Part shown: piece after piece, positions 39,590 to 49,705 of the stretch | How positions within the stretch are numbered: the stretch's first letter is position 1 | How the letters are laid out: each line of letters starts with the position of its first letter | NCBI GenBank assembly: GCA_965209055.1 | Contig: OZ242374.1 | Coordinates: 3,744,001 to 3,808,000, forward strand | From: Acidobacteriota bacterium | GTDB lineage: Bacteria > Acidobacteriota > UBA6911 > RPQK01 > JAJDTT01 | DNA length: 64,000 nt | Direction: 5' to 3' | Position numbers and translations under genes: made by a program | Notes under the pieces: model-generated | Databases searched by the model: none | Seen by the model: the letters and a program-made list of their open reading frames with translations, nothing else | Told to the model about the DNA's origin: nothing

Positions 39590-40819
39590 ATGCAACTGGT
39601 CCCGGGATTTCATCTGACCTACTGCCTGAACATCCACCCGGGCGAGACCTGGTCCGAGGTCTGGGAGAATCTCAAATCCTATCCGGGTGCGGTTCGAAAC
39701 CAGCTCTGTCCGGGCCGGCCCTTCGCCATCGGGCCGCGTCTTTCGGGCCAGGCCGCCGACGCCCTGGCCCGTCCTGAAAACCTGGAGGCGCTTCTGGAGT
39801 TCCTGAGAACGGAAGGCGCCTACGTCTTCACCATCAACGGATTTCCCTACGGTGTCTTCCACCGGGCCCGGGTCAAGGAGAACGTCTATCTTCCCGATTG
39901 GAGAGACCGGGTCCGCTTGGAGTACACGAACCGTTTGGCCCGGATTCTGGCCCGGTTGCTGCCCGAGGACGCGGCCCTGGAAGGGAGTATCAGCACGGTT
40001 CCGGGGGCCTTTCGGGCGGAGGTCCGTTCCTCCGGCGACGTTCGCCGGATGGCCGAGATGATGCTCCGCAGCGTCGCGTACCTCCACCGGCTCCGGGAGC
40101 AGACTGGAAAAACCATCACCCTGGCGCTGGAGCCCGAGCCGTGCTGCTTCCTGGAAACGACGGACGACGTGGTGGCCTTTTTCGAAGGCCACATCCTCTC
40201 GCAGGAAGGACTCGGGACCCTGGTCCGGGAGTTGGGTCTGACGCGTGGCCAGGCGGAACGAGTCGCGCGGCGGCACCTGGGAATCTGCTGCGACGCCTGT
40301 CACGTGGCCGTGGAGTTCGAGGACCCGTCAGAGGTGCTGGATCGACTGGAAGCCGCCGCGATCCGAATCCTGAAGGTTCAAATCAGCTCGGCCCTTCGGC
40401 TCCGCTTCCGGGAGGGGGACGGCAGCCCAGAACGGACGCTCCGCCCTTTCGCCGAGGAGACCTACCTGCACCAGGTGGTGGAGACGTCGGGGCGGGGAGT
40501 CGTCCGTTATCAGGACCTGCCCCAGGCCCTGGACCGGGAGGCGGATTTCCGGGAACACGGCGCCGGATCACCCGGCATCCGGAAGGAATGGAGAGTTCAT
40601 TTCCACGTTCCCATCTTCCTCTCTCGAATGAGCGGTTTCGACACCACCCAGGATGACCTGGCGGCCCTGCTGCTCCGGCTGAAGTCGAAGCCGGCATGCC
40701 CCTACCTGGAGGTGGAAACCTATACCTGGGACGTACTCCCCCGGCGTTACAAGACCCTGGATACGACCGACGCCATCGCCCGCGAGCTGGCCTGGGCGCG
40801 GGACAGGCTCCTGCAATGA
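39590..40819 (+). CDS. eboE: Metabolite traffic protein EboE (TIM barrel)
   Basis: HLTYCLNIHPGE, TINGFPYG.FH…VKENVYLPDW, LEPEP, YLHQ, WRVHFHVP and EVETYTW. Confidence 0.92.
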   Translation: MQLVPGFHLTYCLNIHPGETWSEVWENLKSYPGAVRNQLCPGRPFAIGPRLSGQAADALARPENLEALLEFLRTEGAYVFTINGFPYGVFHRARVKENVYLPDWRDRVRLEYTNRLARILARLLPEDAALEGSISTVPGAFRAEVRSSGDVRRMAEMMLRSVAYLHRLREQTGKTITLALEPEPCCFLETTDDVVAFFEGHILSQEGLGTLVRELGLTRGQAERVARRHLGICCDACHVAVEFEDPSEVLDRLEAAAIRILKVQISSALRLRFREGDGSPERTLRPFAEETYLHQVVETSGRGVVRYQDLPQALDREADFREHGAGSPGIRKEWRVHFHVPIFLSRMSGFDTTQDDLAALLLRLKSKPACPYLEVETYTWDVLPRRYKTLDTTDAIARELAWARDRLLQ

Positions 40820-41730
40820 ACGCGGAACCGCCGCGCACGGCCCGCAGACCCCGCTGGCGCGTCTACCTGGACCTGGGGCGGGTGTCCAATCTGCCCACCG
40901 TCTGGACCAACTGCCTGGCGGGAGCTACTCTCTCCGGCGCGGCTTTGGAGATGCCCACCTTGCTGGTCCTGGCGGCCGCAATCTCCTGCTTCTACACCGG
41001 GGGCATGTTCCTCAACGATGCCTTCGACCACCGGTATGACGGGAGGTCACGTGCCAGCCGGCCCATTCCATCCGGGGAGATCGGCCTGTTCGAGGTCTAC
41101 GCCCTGGGCTTCGGGTTGCTGGTTGTGGGCCAATCGGGAATCTACGCGGCCTCGGTGCTGCAGTCCGGTCCCCGCCTGGAGCCCCTGTTCATCGGGTTGA
41201 TCCTCGGCGTCCTGATCGTCTACTACAACTACCGGCACAAGACCGATCCTTACAGTCCCGTGGTGATGGCCGTCTGCCGCGGGCTGATCTACCTGATCGC
41301 CGGCTCCATTGCGGCCGGGTCCCCTCCCGGTGAGGTCTGGGCCGGTGCTCTGGTGCTGGCGAGCTACGTCGCCGGGTTGACCTGGCTGGCTGCCCAGGAG
41401 GACCTGAACCGGGTGAAGGCGCTGTGGCCGGCTCTCCTGCTCCTGGCCCCCATGGCGTTCGGCCTGCACGCGGCCGTGTGGGGCCCGTCCTACTTGTCGT
41501 TGTTGCTGCCGCTGCTGGGTTTCTTCCTGTTCTGGACGCTGTGGTCGGGGTCGTTTCTCTCGGCGCGGCAGCGAAACGTTCCCCGGGCCGTCACCGGTCT
41601 CATCGCCGGCATCTCTTTGGTGGACGGGATCCTCATTGCGGCCGTCTCTTCGGAACTGGCCGGACCCGCTCTCGCATTGGCCGGCCTGCTGTTGACCCGG
41701 GCTTTGCAGCGATTCGTCCCGGGAACCTGA
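40816..41730 (+). CDS. UbiA-family prenyltransferase (EboC-like)
   Basis: RVSNLPTVW, GMFLNDAFD…RPIPSG and YN..HK; ATGA overlap with eboE. Confidence 0.88.
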   Translation: MNAEPPRTARRPRWRVYLDLGRVSNLPTVWTNCLAGATLSGAALEMPTLLVLAAAISCFYTGGMFLNDAFDHRYDGRSRASRPIPSGEIGLFEVYALGFGLLVVGQSGIYAASVLQSGPRLEPLFIGLILGVLIVYYNYRHKTDPYSPVVMAVCRGLIYLIAGSIAAGSPPGEVWAGALVLASYVAGLTWLAAQEDLNRVKALWPALLLLAPMAFGLHAAVWGPSYLSLLLPLLGFFLFWTLWSGSFLSARQRNVPRAVTGLIAGISLVDGILIAAVSSELAGPALALAGLLLTRALQRFVPGT

Positions 41731-41745
41731 AGGTCGTCCGGGGCC

Positions 41746-42405
41746 TCAGGAAGCGCTTCTTGCCGTCCGGGATTCCAGCCATCCGATCAGTTGCGCCGAG
41801 GAGAGGCTGACCAGGAGGAAGAGGAGGCCGACCAGGGTCAGGGGCTCCAGGTACCGGAAACTCTCGGCGCCGATGAGCTTGGCCGTCTGGAGCAGTTCCT
41901 GAACCGTAATGGCAGCCAGGATGGGGGTCTCCTTGAACATGCCCACCAGGTAATTGCCCAGGGCCGGAACCATGGGAGGCACAGCCTGGGGCAGGATGAC
42001 CGACTTCCAGGTCTCCATCCAGCCCAGGTTCAGGGCCCGGGCGGCTTCCCACTGGCCGGATGGGACGTTGTCGATGCCGGCCCGGTAGACCTCGGCGGTA
42101 TAGGCGCTGTAGTGGAGCCCCAGGCCCAGGGCGCCGGTGACGAAGGGCGACCAGGAGACGCCGAACTCCGGCAGGACGTAAAAGAGGAAATAGACCTGCA
42201 CCAGCAGCGGCGTGCTGCGGACGAACTCCACGATCCACGTGGCCGGCCAGGCCAGAATGCGGCGGGAAGACCGGCGCATCAGGGCCCAGGCCAGACCCAG
42301 CACCAGCGCCAGGCTCATGCCCACCAGTGTGCATTGGAGCGTCACCAGGGCGGCTTGAAGCAGGGCGGGCAGGATCTCCAGGGCGAATCCCCAGTCGAAG
42401 ATCAC
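41746..42405 (-). CDS. ehuD: Ectoine/polar amino-acid ABC permease
   Basis: FDW N-terminus, RSTPLLVQ, GLHYSAYTAEVYRAGI and GNYLVGMFKETP. Confidence 0.8.
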   Translation of the reverse strand: MIFDWGFALEILPALLQAALVTLQCTLVGMSLALVLGLAWALMRRSSRRILAWPATWIVEFVRSTPLLVQVYFLFYVLPEFGVSWSPFVTGALGLGLHYSAYTAEVYRAGIDNVPSGQWEAARALNLGWMETWKSVILPQAVPPMVPALGNYLVGMFKETPILAAITVQELLQTAKLIGAESFRYLEPLTLVGLLFLLVSLSSAQLIGWLESRTARSAS

Positions 42406-43064
42406 GCCGCACCCCCGGAGTCCCGTCCCGCCGCCAACCTGGACTCCAGAAATCTCATTCCCCTCGCGATCACCTGGGCCAACAGGAAGTAGAGGACCAG
42501 AATCAGGGCGAAGATTTCGCCGGAACGCAGCGTGGACGTCCGGAGCGTCTGCCCCTGAAACGTGAGGTCCGCCAGGCTGATGAGGGAGACGAGGGCGGTT
42601 CCCTTGAGGAGTTCGATGAAGAGGTTCCCGAAGGGCGGAATCATGCGCAGCGCGGCCTGAGGCAGGATGATTCTCCAGAGGGTCTGGCCCCGGCTCAGGT
42701 TCAGGGCCCGGGCCGCGTCATACTGGGACCGGGACACATTGCGGATCGCCGACCGGACGATCTCCGATCCGTAGGAACCCAGATTCAGGCCCAGGACCAG
42801 GATTCCCACCGTCACCGCTTCGAGCCGGATTCCCAGCAGGGGAAGGGCGAAGAAGGCCCAGAAGAGCTGGACCAGCGCCGACGTCCCCCGAAAGACATCG
42901 ACGTAGAGGCGCGAGAATCCCCGGACCGACTTGCGCTCCGAGAGGCGGCCCAGTCCCGCCAGGAAGGAGGAAGCCAGCGCCACCACCGCGGCGCCGGCGG
43001 TGATCTGGAGCGTCACCAGGAGTCCCGTCAGGAGGCTGGGGAGAAGGTCCAGAGGCGGCGGCAT
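42402..43064 (-). CDS. ehuC: Ectoine/polar amino-acid ABC permease
   Basis: FRGTSALVQLFW, YGSEIVR and PPFGNLFIELLKGTAL. Confidence 0.8.
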   Translation of the reverse strand: MPPPLDLLPSLLTGLLVTLQITAGAAVVALASSFLAGLGRLSERKSVRGFSRLYVDVFRGTSALVQLFWAFFALPLLGIRLEAVTVGILVLGLNLGSYGSEIVRSAIRNVSRSQYDAARALNLSRGQTLWRIILPQAALRMIPPFGNLFIELLKGTALVSLISLADLTFQGQTLRTSTLRSGEIFALILVLYFLLAQVIARGMRFLESRLAAGRDSGGAA

Positions 43065-43079
43065 TGTGGTCGAAAAAGA

Positions 43080-43937
43080 TCAGCGAGCCACCGCGCAGAG
43101 CTCTTCCGCCGTCATTCCCGCGGGGAGCTCGGCTTCCGTAAATCCGAAGGCGCGAATCAACTCCAGGTGTTCGGGAGTTCCGATGAAGGCGGTGAGGTGG
43201 CGGTTGAACTCGTCCCGGTGCCTCTTGTCCTCTTTCCGGAAGCCGATCCCGCTGCAGGTGCGGGCCGGGAGTCCGGCTGCGCGGGGCTGCGCGAACGGGT
43301 CGATGGCCTCGAGTCCCGTGGCCGAGGGCTTGCGCAGCAGGTCCCGGTGGGCGGGCGCCGGCCCCGCATTGGCGTCCACCCGACCGGCCTGGAGGCCGGC
43401 CACGGCGCTGGGCTGGTCCGGAAAGATGAAGAGCCTTGACTCGGGAATGCCGGCGGCTCGGGCGAACATGAGCTCCACACCTCCGGCCACCACCCCCAGC
43501 CGGGCGCTCGCATGCCGGGTCACGTCCACGTAGCTGTGGAGATTCAGCGGATTGCCCTCCCGCACCAGCATTCCCTGGAGGATGCAGGAGAGGGGTTCGG
43601 AAAAGAGGATCTCCCGGCACCGGGGCGGCAGGATCCACATGCCGGCAGCGATCAGGTCGAAGCGTCCCGCCTTGAGCCCCGGGATGAGGGAGGCGAACTC
43701 GGTGATGACACCCTCGACGCGGGCGTATCCCATTGATTCCAGGACCCGGCGCGTCACCTCCACCGACTCGCCCGTCAGTTGTCCGGTCCGGTTGTCGTAG
43801 TACGCGAACGGCGCCTCGTTGGAGTAGCCGATGCGGACGGGTCCGGTCCCGTCGAAGCCTCCCGGCGGGTTTCCAGCGGAGCAACCCAGCAGCAGGAACG
43901 GCAACAGAGAGAAAAAGAGGGCCAAAGGGTTTTTCAT
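43080..43937 (-). CDS. ehuB: Ectoine/polar amino-acid ABC substrate-binding lipoprotein
   Basis: Lipobox LLGC; NEAPF, FASLIPGL..GRFD..AAGM.I...RC, GNPLNLHSY and C-terminal TAEELC. Confidence 0.8.
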   Translation of the reverse strand: MKNPLALFFSLLPFLLLGCSAGNPPGGFDGTGPVRIGYSNEAPFAYYDNRTGQLTGESVEVTRRVLESMGYARVEGVITEFASLIPGLKAGRFDLIAAGMWILPPRCREILFSEPLSCILQGMLVREGNPLNLHSYVDVTRHASARLGVVAGGVELMFARAAGIPESRLFIFPDQPSAVAGLQAGRVDANAGPAPAHRDLLRKPSATGLEAIDPFAQPRAAGLPARTCSGIGFRKEDKRHRDEFNRHLTAFIGTPEHLELIRAFGFTEAELPAGMTAEELCAVAR

Positions 43938-44058
43938 GAATCCTGTCCGGACCGGCGGGCCGAAGTCTACCTTCCGGAGCGGAAAGGAGGAAAGAGGGAA
44001 AAAAGAGGACCTGCCGGTGCGCGAGAGTCGGGTTTGGGGCTGATAGACTGGGTTCGCC

Positions 44059-46089
44059 GTGGGAGACACGAAGAAACTCTCGTTTGAAGACGTCGTGGGG
44101 CGGGATCTGGACTGGGGCGGAGTGCGGACCCGGAGCGCGGGGCCGGAGGGCCAATTGCCCCTGACCGAGGAGATGCTGCTTCACGAGCCCAGCGGCAACC
44201 TCTTCGGTTGGACCCAGGACGTGGGGATGGGTTGGAGTCCCGGCAAGGTCGACCGGGATTCCTACCTGATCGTGAGCACCCAGGGCGGACTGCGGGACAG
44301 CGATGGGACTCCGCTGGCCCTGGGGTACCACACCGGGCATTGGGAGATCGGCCTGCTGGCGGCGGCCGCCGCCGGCGTCTTCCGGGACCAGGGGGCCCGT
44401 CCCTATGCGGCCTATTGCAGCGACCCCTGCGACGGCCGGAGCCAGGGGACGGAGGGGATGATGGACAGCCTCCCCTACCGCAACGACGCCGCCGTGGTCC
44501 TGAGGCGGCTGGTGAGGTCCCTCCCGACCCGGCAGGGCGTCCTGGGAATCGGGACCTGCGACAAGGGGTTGCCGGCCGTCCTCATGGCGCTGGCGGGCTG
44601 CGCCGAGCTGCCGGGAGTGATCGTCCCCGGCGGCGTGACCCTGCCTCCGACCAACGGGGAAGACGCGGGAACGGTCCAGACCATCGGCGCCCGTTTCGCC
44701 CACGGACTCATCAGCCTGCAGGACGCCGCCGCCATGGGGTGCCGGGCCTGCGCCTCTCCGGGGGGCGGCTGCCAGTTCCTGGGGACGGCGGCCACCGCGC
44801 AGGTGGTGGCCGAGGGACTGGGAATGGCTCTGCCTCACACGGCCCTGAGTCCGTCGGGGCAGCCGGTCTGGCTGGACGCGGCCCGGCGGTCGGCCCTGGC
44901 GCTCATGCGGCTCAGGGAACGGGGTCTGCCCCTCTCCCGGATCCTGACTCCAGCGGCTCTGGAAAACGCCATGCTGGTCCATGCGGCTTTCGGGGGCTCC
45001 ACCAACCTGCTGCTCCATATTCCGGCCATCGCACACGCCGCCGGTCTGGAACCGCCCCGGGTTGAGGACTGGAACCGGGTCAACCGAAGCACGCCCCGCC
45101 TCGTGGACGCCCTGCCCAACGGGCCCCGCAACCATCCCACCATCCAGGTCTTCCTGGCCGGCGGAGTGCCGGAAGTGATGCTCCACCTTCGGGACCTGGG
45201 CCTCCTGAACCTGGAAGCGAGGACCACGACGGGCGAGAAGCTGGGAACGGTGCTGGACTGGTGGCGAGACAGCCGAAGGCGGCGGGACAGCCGCCGGGTC
45301 CTGCAGGACTCCGGCGAGGCGGACGTGGACCGGATCATCATGGACCCGGATACGGCCCGCCGGAACGGACTCACCAGCACTGTCGTCTTTCCTTCGGGAA
45401 ATCTGGCGCCCGAGGGTTCGGTGATCAAGGCCACCGCCATCGATCCGAGCCTGGTGGACGAGCGCCAGGTCTACCGGCACCGCGGACCGGCCCGGGTCTT
45501 CTGCTCGGAGCGGGAGGCCGTGCGGGCCATCAAGGGCCTGGGGTCCCGGCCCATCCGGTCGGGCGACGTCCTGGTCCTGGCCGGCCTGGGACCTTCAGGG
45601 ACCGGCATGGAGGAGATCTACCAGGTCACCTCGGCCCTCAAGTTCATTCCCTGGGGCAAGACGGTGCCCGTCGTCACCGATGCCCGCTTCTCGGGGGTGT
45701 CCACCGGCCCCTGTATCGGCCATGTGGGACCGGAAGCGCTGGCCGGCGGACCCATCGGCCGTGTCCGGGACGGGGACCTGCTGGAACTGGTCATCGACCG
45801 TCGGCGGCTGGAGGGCCGGATCAACTTCCTGGGACCCGAAGGGGAAGAGGTCCCCGAGTCTGAAGCCGACGGAATTATCGCGGGAAGGGAACTGCATCCC
45901 GAGCTCGCCCCTCATCCCCGCCTGCCCGCTGAGACCCGGCTCTGGGCGGCGCTCCAGTCGGCCAGCGGCGGAGCCTGGCAGGGTTGCGTCTACGACGTGG
46001 ATCGGATCGTGCAGCTCCTGGAGGCGGGCCGCCGGGCGATTGGAGAAGGGGAGGCTCCGGACCCCCCTGGAATTGGCGCCGAAAATTGA
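44059..46089 (+). CDS. YjhG/YagF-family sugar-acid (D-xylonate) dehydratase
   Basis: [38 protein letters not shown] and TDARFSG. Confidence 0.9.
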   Translation: MGDTKKLSFEDVVGRDLDWGGVRTRSAGPEGQLPLTEEMLLHEPSGNLFGWTQDVGMGWSPGKVDRDSYLIVSTQGGLRDSDGTPLALGYHTGHWEIGLLAAAAAGVFRDQGARPYAAYCSDPCDGRSQGTEGMMDSLPYRNDAAVVLRRLVRSLPTRQGVLGIGTCDKGLPAVLMALAGCAELPGVIVPGGVTLPPTNGEDAGTVQTIGARFAHGLISLQDAAAMGCRACASPGGGCQFLGTAATAQVVAEGLGMALPHTALSPSGQPVWLDAARRSALALMRLRERGLPLSRILTPAALENAMLVHAAFGGSTNLLLHIPAIAHAAGLEPPRVEDWNRVNRSTPRLVDALPNGPRNHPTIQVFLAGGVPEVMLHLRDLGLLNLEARTTTGEKLGTVLDWWRDSRRRRDSRRVLQDSGEADVDRIIMDPDTARRNGLTSTVVFPSGNLAPEGSVIKATAIDPSLVDERQVYRHRGPARVFCSEREAVRAIKGLGSRPIRSGDVLVLAGLGPSGTGMEEIYQVTSALKFIPWGKTVPVVTDARFSGVSTGPCIGHVGPEALAGGPIGRVRDGDLLELVIDRRRLEGRINFLGPEGEEVPESEADGIIAGRELHPELAPHPRLPAETRLWAALQSASGGAWQGCVYDVDRIVQLLEAGRRAIGEGEAPDPPGIGAEN

Positions 46090-46130
46090 ACGGAACAACC
46101 CCTCCCCTCGTGCAATAAGCCAGCAGCGAC

Positions 46131-46928
46131 ATGAAGATCCTCGTAATCGCGGGTCCGAACGGAGCCGGCAAGACGACGTTTGCACGGGACTACCTTAAGC
46201 GTGAGGGGGGCAAGCGGCCCTTCGTGAACGGCGACGACATTGCGGCGAAGCTTCGTCCAGATGAGCCCGCCGCAGTTGCGCAGACGGCGGGGAGGTTGGC
46301 GTTGCGCGAGATGGAGGCCCACGTCGCCACTGGCGAGGACTTCGCAACCGAGACCACCCTCAGCGGCCGAGCCTACGCCAAGAGGATCCGGCGGTGGCAG
46401 TCCGCCGGATATCGGGTCGCCATCATCTACCTTCGGTTGCCGAGCGCGGATCACTCAGTTGCGCGGGTCGCCCGCCGCGTTCGCGAAGGAGGTCACCACA
46501 TTCCGGAGCACGTGATCCGCCGGCGCTTCGAGCGGAGCTGGAGGAATTTCCGCGACCTTTACCAGAAGGTTGTGGACGACTGGCGGGTGTACGACAATTC
46601 CGGCGAGGTTCCGGTTTTGCTGTCGGAGTCCGAGGAATGGAATGCGGTTCACGAGCCGGGTACGGAGTGGCGGCCATCACGCCCCAGGCAGCAATCCACA
46701 GATTCAAGGAGACTACAGATGACCCAGCAGCCGGGCAGGTTTCCAGAAGGCGAACCATCGGCCAAGAGCATTATGGCCGCCCTCGTCCGCGCACGGAAAA
46801 CGGCGATGCGCAGGGTAGCCGAATACGAAGCCAAGGAAGCTGCGAAGGCAGCGGCGGAAGCGCGGGGCGGCGCCGGTGAAGAGCAGTTGACTCAACCCGT
46901 CGCCGAAGGCGAGCCCGTTGGCAGTTGA
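46131..46928 (+). CDS. Zeta-toxin-like P-loop ATPase/kinase with C-terminal in-frame extension
   Basis: IAGPNGAGKTT, FATETTLSG, RVARRVREGGHHIP…RRRF and YDNS. Confidence 0.85.
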   Translation: MKILVIAGPNGAGKTTFARDYLKREGGKRPFVNGDDIAAKLRPDEPAAVAQTAGRLALREMEAHVATGEDFATETTLSGRAYAKRIRRWQSAGYRVAIIYLRLPSADHSVARVARRVREGGHHIPEHVIRRRFERSWRNFRDLYQKVVDDWRVYDNSGEVPVLLSESEEWNAVHEPGTEWRPSRPRQQSTDSRRLQMTQQPGRFPEGEPSAKSIMAALVRARKTAMRRVAEYEAKEAAKAAAEARGGAGEEQLTQPVAEGEPVGS

Positions 46929-47026
46929 GAACACCCGCCAACTTTTCAACGAGGCGCGGAGCTACGCGCAACTGCTTCGCGACGACGGCCCTTCCTTTTG
47001 AAGATGGGAGTCCTGCCCATCCTGGA

Positions 47027-47983
47027 TCAGCGACGCCCGTCCAGGCTCCCGTTCCAGGGAGGGACCACGACCGTCACGTCCCCGTAGCACTTGGACTGGC
47101 AGGCCAGCCGGATCACGGGGTGGGATTCGGTGTGGGAAGAGGAGTCAAGGTACCCGAAGTAATTCAGGCGCCGGCGCTCGTGTGCGCTCACCTCGACGAT
47201 TTTCTCCCGGCCGCTCAGAACGCCGATCCAGCAGTACCCGCATGAGGCGACCCGGCATTCGGCCGGGATCGGTCCGGCGATGCACCGGTGGTCCCGGGTC
47301 TGGTAGTCCCGTTCATCCCCGGCGGAGGCGGAGGAAAGGTCCTGTCCCTCGATGCAGGAGAAGGTGGCGTCCCGCTTCGATTCGTCGAATCGCACCGTGA
47401 ACTTGCGGTTGACGGTGCGGAGGAATCCGAAGAGTCCCTGACTCGTCGTTCGGGATCGCTGTTTGAGGATCTTTGCGGCAGAGGGCCGCTTGGTGCGGGA
47501 CGATCCGGAAGCGGAGCCGTTTCTGAAGGGTTGCTCGCCCACTTGCTGGAAGGCCATGAAACCGACCGCGGAGATTCCCAGCAGGAGCGATGCCTCAACC
47601 TTGAGCTGAGACGCGACGCCGCCCGCCAGACTGCGAATCTCGTTCCCGAGGCTCTCCAGGTTCCGGCCGGGAGCCGATTCACTCCGCTCCAGAAGGGCCG
47701 CCTTGACCCGGTCCCAGTAAATCGATCCGAACAGGAAGTCGACGGACTCGTCCAACTGGTGCTCCAGCCGGTAGCGGCCGTCCAGGAGATACTGCTGCGC
47801 CGTTGCCGCCTCGTCGGTGGACTCCCGCAGGATCCGCTGGAGTTTCAGAGGCCAGAAGCCGAACCAGATCCGGGTCGCTTCCCGATCCACGGGATGAAGC
47901 GAGGGCTCCAGGTCCGCCAGCACTTCGTCCCATGTCGGTTCGTCATGCAGGTTCAAGAAGGCTCGAAACGCATCCATGTCCAT
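47027..47983 (-). CDS. Protein with unknown N-terminal helical domain and C-terminal [2Fe-2S] ferredoxin-like domain
   Basis: CRVASCGYC (CX4CX2C) followed by IRLACQ. Confidence 0.8.
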   Translation of the reverse strand: MDMDAFRAFLNLHDEPTWDEVLADLEPSLHPVDREATRIWFGFWPLKLQRILRESTDEAATAQQYLLDGRYRLEHQLDESVDFLFGSIYWDRVKAALLERSESAPGRNLESLGNEIRSLAGGVASQLKVEASLLLGISAVGFMAFQQVGEQPFRNGSASGSSRTKRPSAAKILKQRSRTTSQGLFGFLRTVNRKFTVRFDESKRDATFSCIEGQDLSSASAGDERDYQTRDHRCIAGPIPAECRVASCGYCWIGVLSGREKIVEVSAHERRRLNYFGYLDSSSHTESHPVIRLACQSKCYGDVTVVVPPWNGSLDGRR

Positions 47984-48125
47984 TTTGCGGCGGCCATGAT
48001 ACCGCAGTTCCGTCGTTGAAGCAGTTCTCCGGCCTCGCGAGGTACACGCCATCGTGATTCGTCGTGACTTGGCCTGATGCCGGGATTTCGATAGAGTTTC
48101 GACTTCTCACGGAGAAATCCATCCG

Positions 48126-49670
48126 ATGCTGCACTATCTGAGGTGGCCCGATTTTGTGGTCATCTGCCTGAACCTGGGAGCCATGATCGCCATCGGGATC
48201 TACACCTCCCGCCGCAGCAAGTCGTCGGAAGCCTACTTCCTGGCCGGCCGCAGCATGCCCGGTTGGGTGGTGGGGATCTCCCTGATGTCCACCATCATCA
48301 GTTCCATGACCTTCCTGGCCATGCCCGGGTTCGCCTACCAGGGGGACTGGCGTTACGTCCCCGGGCACATGACCTACCTCATCGCCAACCTTGCGGCGCT
48401 GTTTCTGTTCATGCCCTTCTTCCGGGCCGGCCGGTTCCCGTCGGCCTACGCCTACCTGGAGCGCCGCTTCGGCACCTGGGCCCGGCTCTACGCCGGCGCC
48501 GGTTTCATCCTCTTCCAGGTGTTCCGTCTGGGGGTCATCCTCTACGCCGTCTCGCTGGCCATCGAGACCCTCAGCGGATTTCCGCTCCCCCTCATCATCG
48601 TGGTCTTCGGCGTCCTGGTGGCCTTCTACACCACGGCCGGCGGACTGGAGGCGGTGATCTGGACCGATGTGCTCCAGGGGGTGGCCCTGGTGGGAGGCGG
48701 GCTCCTGTGCGTGCCGGTGGTGGCCACGCTCCTTCCGGGAGGGTTGGAGCAGATCCTGACCGAGGCATCTGCGGCCGGGAAATTCTCCATCGGAGACACT
48801 CATTTCTCCTGGGACGAGAAGACGCTCTGGGTCACGACGCTGCTCTACTTCTTCCTCTTCCTCCAGATCATGAGCACCGACCAGATGACGGTCCAACGCT
48901 ACTCCGCCATGAAGACGGACCGCGAAGCCCGGAAAGGGGTCATCCTGGGCGCCTTCTCCACGATTTCGGTCTGGTGCTATTTCACCTTTGTGGGAACCGC
49001 CCTCTACGTCTTCTACAATCACTTCCCGGCCCCGGAGTTGTCCGGTATGGCGCCCGAGCAGGTCTTTCCCTTCTTCATCCTCACCCAGATGCCGGCCGGT
49101 CTGGCCGGGCTGATCGTCTCGGGTCTGCTGGCCGCGGCCATGTCCACCCTCGACTCCAGCATCAACGCCTCCTCCGCCACCGTGACCACCGACTTCTACC
49201 GGCGGCTGGTGGCGCCGGACCGGGACGAGGCGCACTACGTCACGGTGGGCCGCTGGCTCTCGGTGGTCTTCGGGGCGGTCATGATCGGTGCTGCGCTGAC
49301 CATCTACCTCACCCGCACCGAGACCCTGATGGACCTCCAGAGCCTCCTCATGTCCATTCTCAGCGGCGGACTGCTGGGACTCTTCCTGCTGGGTTTCCTC
49401 ACTCGCCGGGTGGACAGCCGGTCGGCCGCCGCGGCCACCGTCTTCGTCGTGGCCGGTGTCTGTCTCTGGGTCTTCGTGGGCAGCGAGACGGGCGCCCGAA
49501 TCTGGCCGGCGCTGGCCGGGTTCTTTCCCGACCGGTTCTGGATCATCGTCCTGGCCAACCTGGCACTGCTGGGTTTGGGATACCTGATCAGCTGGCTCCC
49601 GCGGAAGAGCCCGGTCCGGGACCTGACGAATCTCACCGTCTGGACTCAGAAAAAGCGACCGTCAGGTTAG
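48126..49670 (+). CDS. Sodium:solute symporter (SSS)
   Basis: YFLAGRSMP, YLERRF, GGLEAVIWTD, VQRY and AAAMSTLDS. Confidence 0.93.
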   Translation: MLHYLRWPDFVVICLNLGAMIAIGIYTSRRSKSSEAYFLAGRSMPGWVVGISLMSTIISSMTFLAMPGFAYQGDWRYVPGHMTYLIANLAALFLFMPFFRAGRFPSAYAYLERRFGTWARLYAGAGFILFQVFRLGVILYAVSLAIETLSGFPLPLIIVVFGVLVAFYTTAGGLEAVIWTDVLQGVALVGGGLLCVPVVATLLPGGLEQILTEASAAGKFSIGDTHFSWDEKTLWVTTLLYFFLFLQIMSTDQMTVQRYSAMKTDREARKGVILGAFSTISVWCYFTFVGTALYVFYNHFPAPELSGMAPEQVFPFFILTQMPAGLAGLIVSGLLAAAMSTLDSSINASSATVTTDFYRRLVAPDRDEAHYVTVGRWLSVVFGAVMIGAALTIYLTRTETLMDLQSLLMSILSGGLLGLFLLGFLTRRVDSRSAAAATVFVVAGVCLWVFVGSETGARIWPALAGFFPDRFWIIVLANLALLGLGYLISWLPRKSPVRDLTNLTVWTQKKRPSG

Positions 49671-49679
49671 GACGAAAAG

Positions 49680-49705
49680 TGGGCGCCCACGAGGGGTGTC
49701 CCTAC
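49680..49705 (-). repeat. GTAG-type REP hairpin
   Basis: - strand GTAG-GGACACCCCTCGTGGGCGCCCA; relative at 59542. Confidence 0.65.

Noticed and set aside
42718-45480. 920-aa minus-strand ORF and similar long shadow ORFs (e.g. 34147-35961, 59317-60939, 57776-59320, 6180-7436)
   Set aside because: They lie antisense or off-frame to well-supported genes, are Arg/Pro/Gly-rich and motif-free, and are expected in high-GC DNA.
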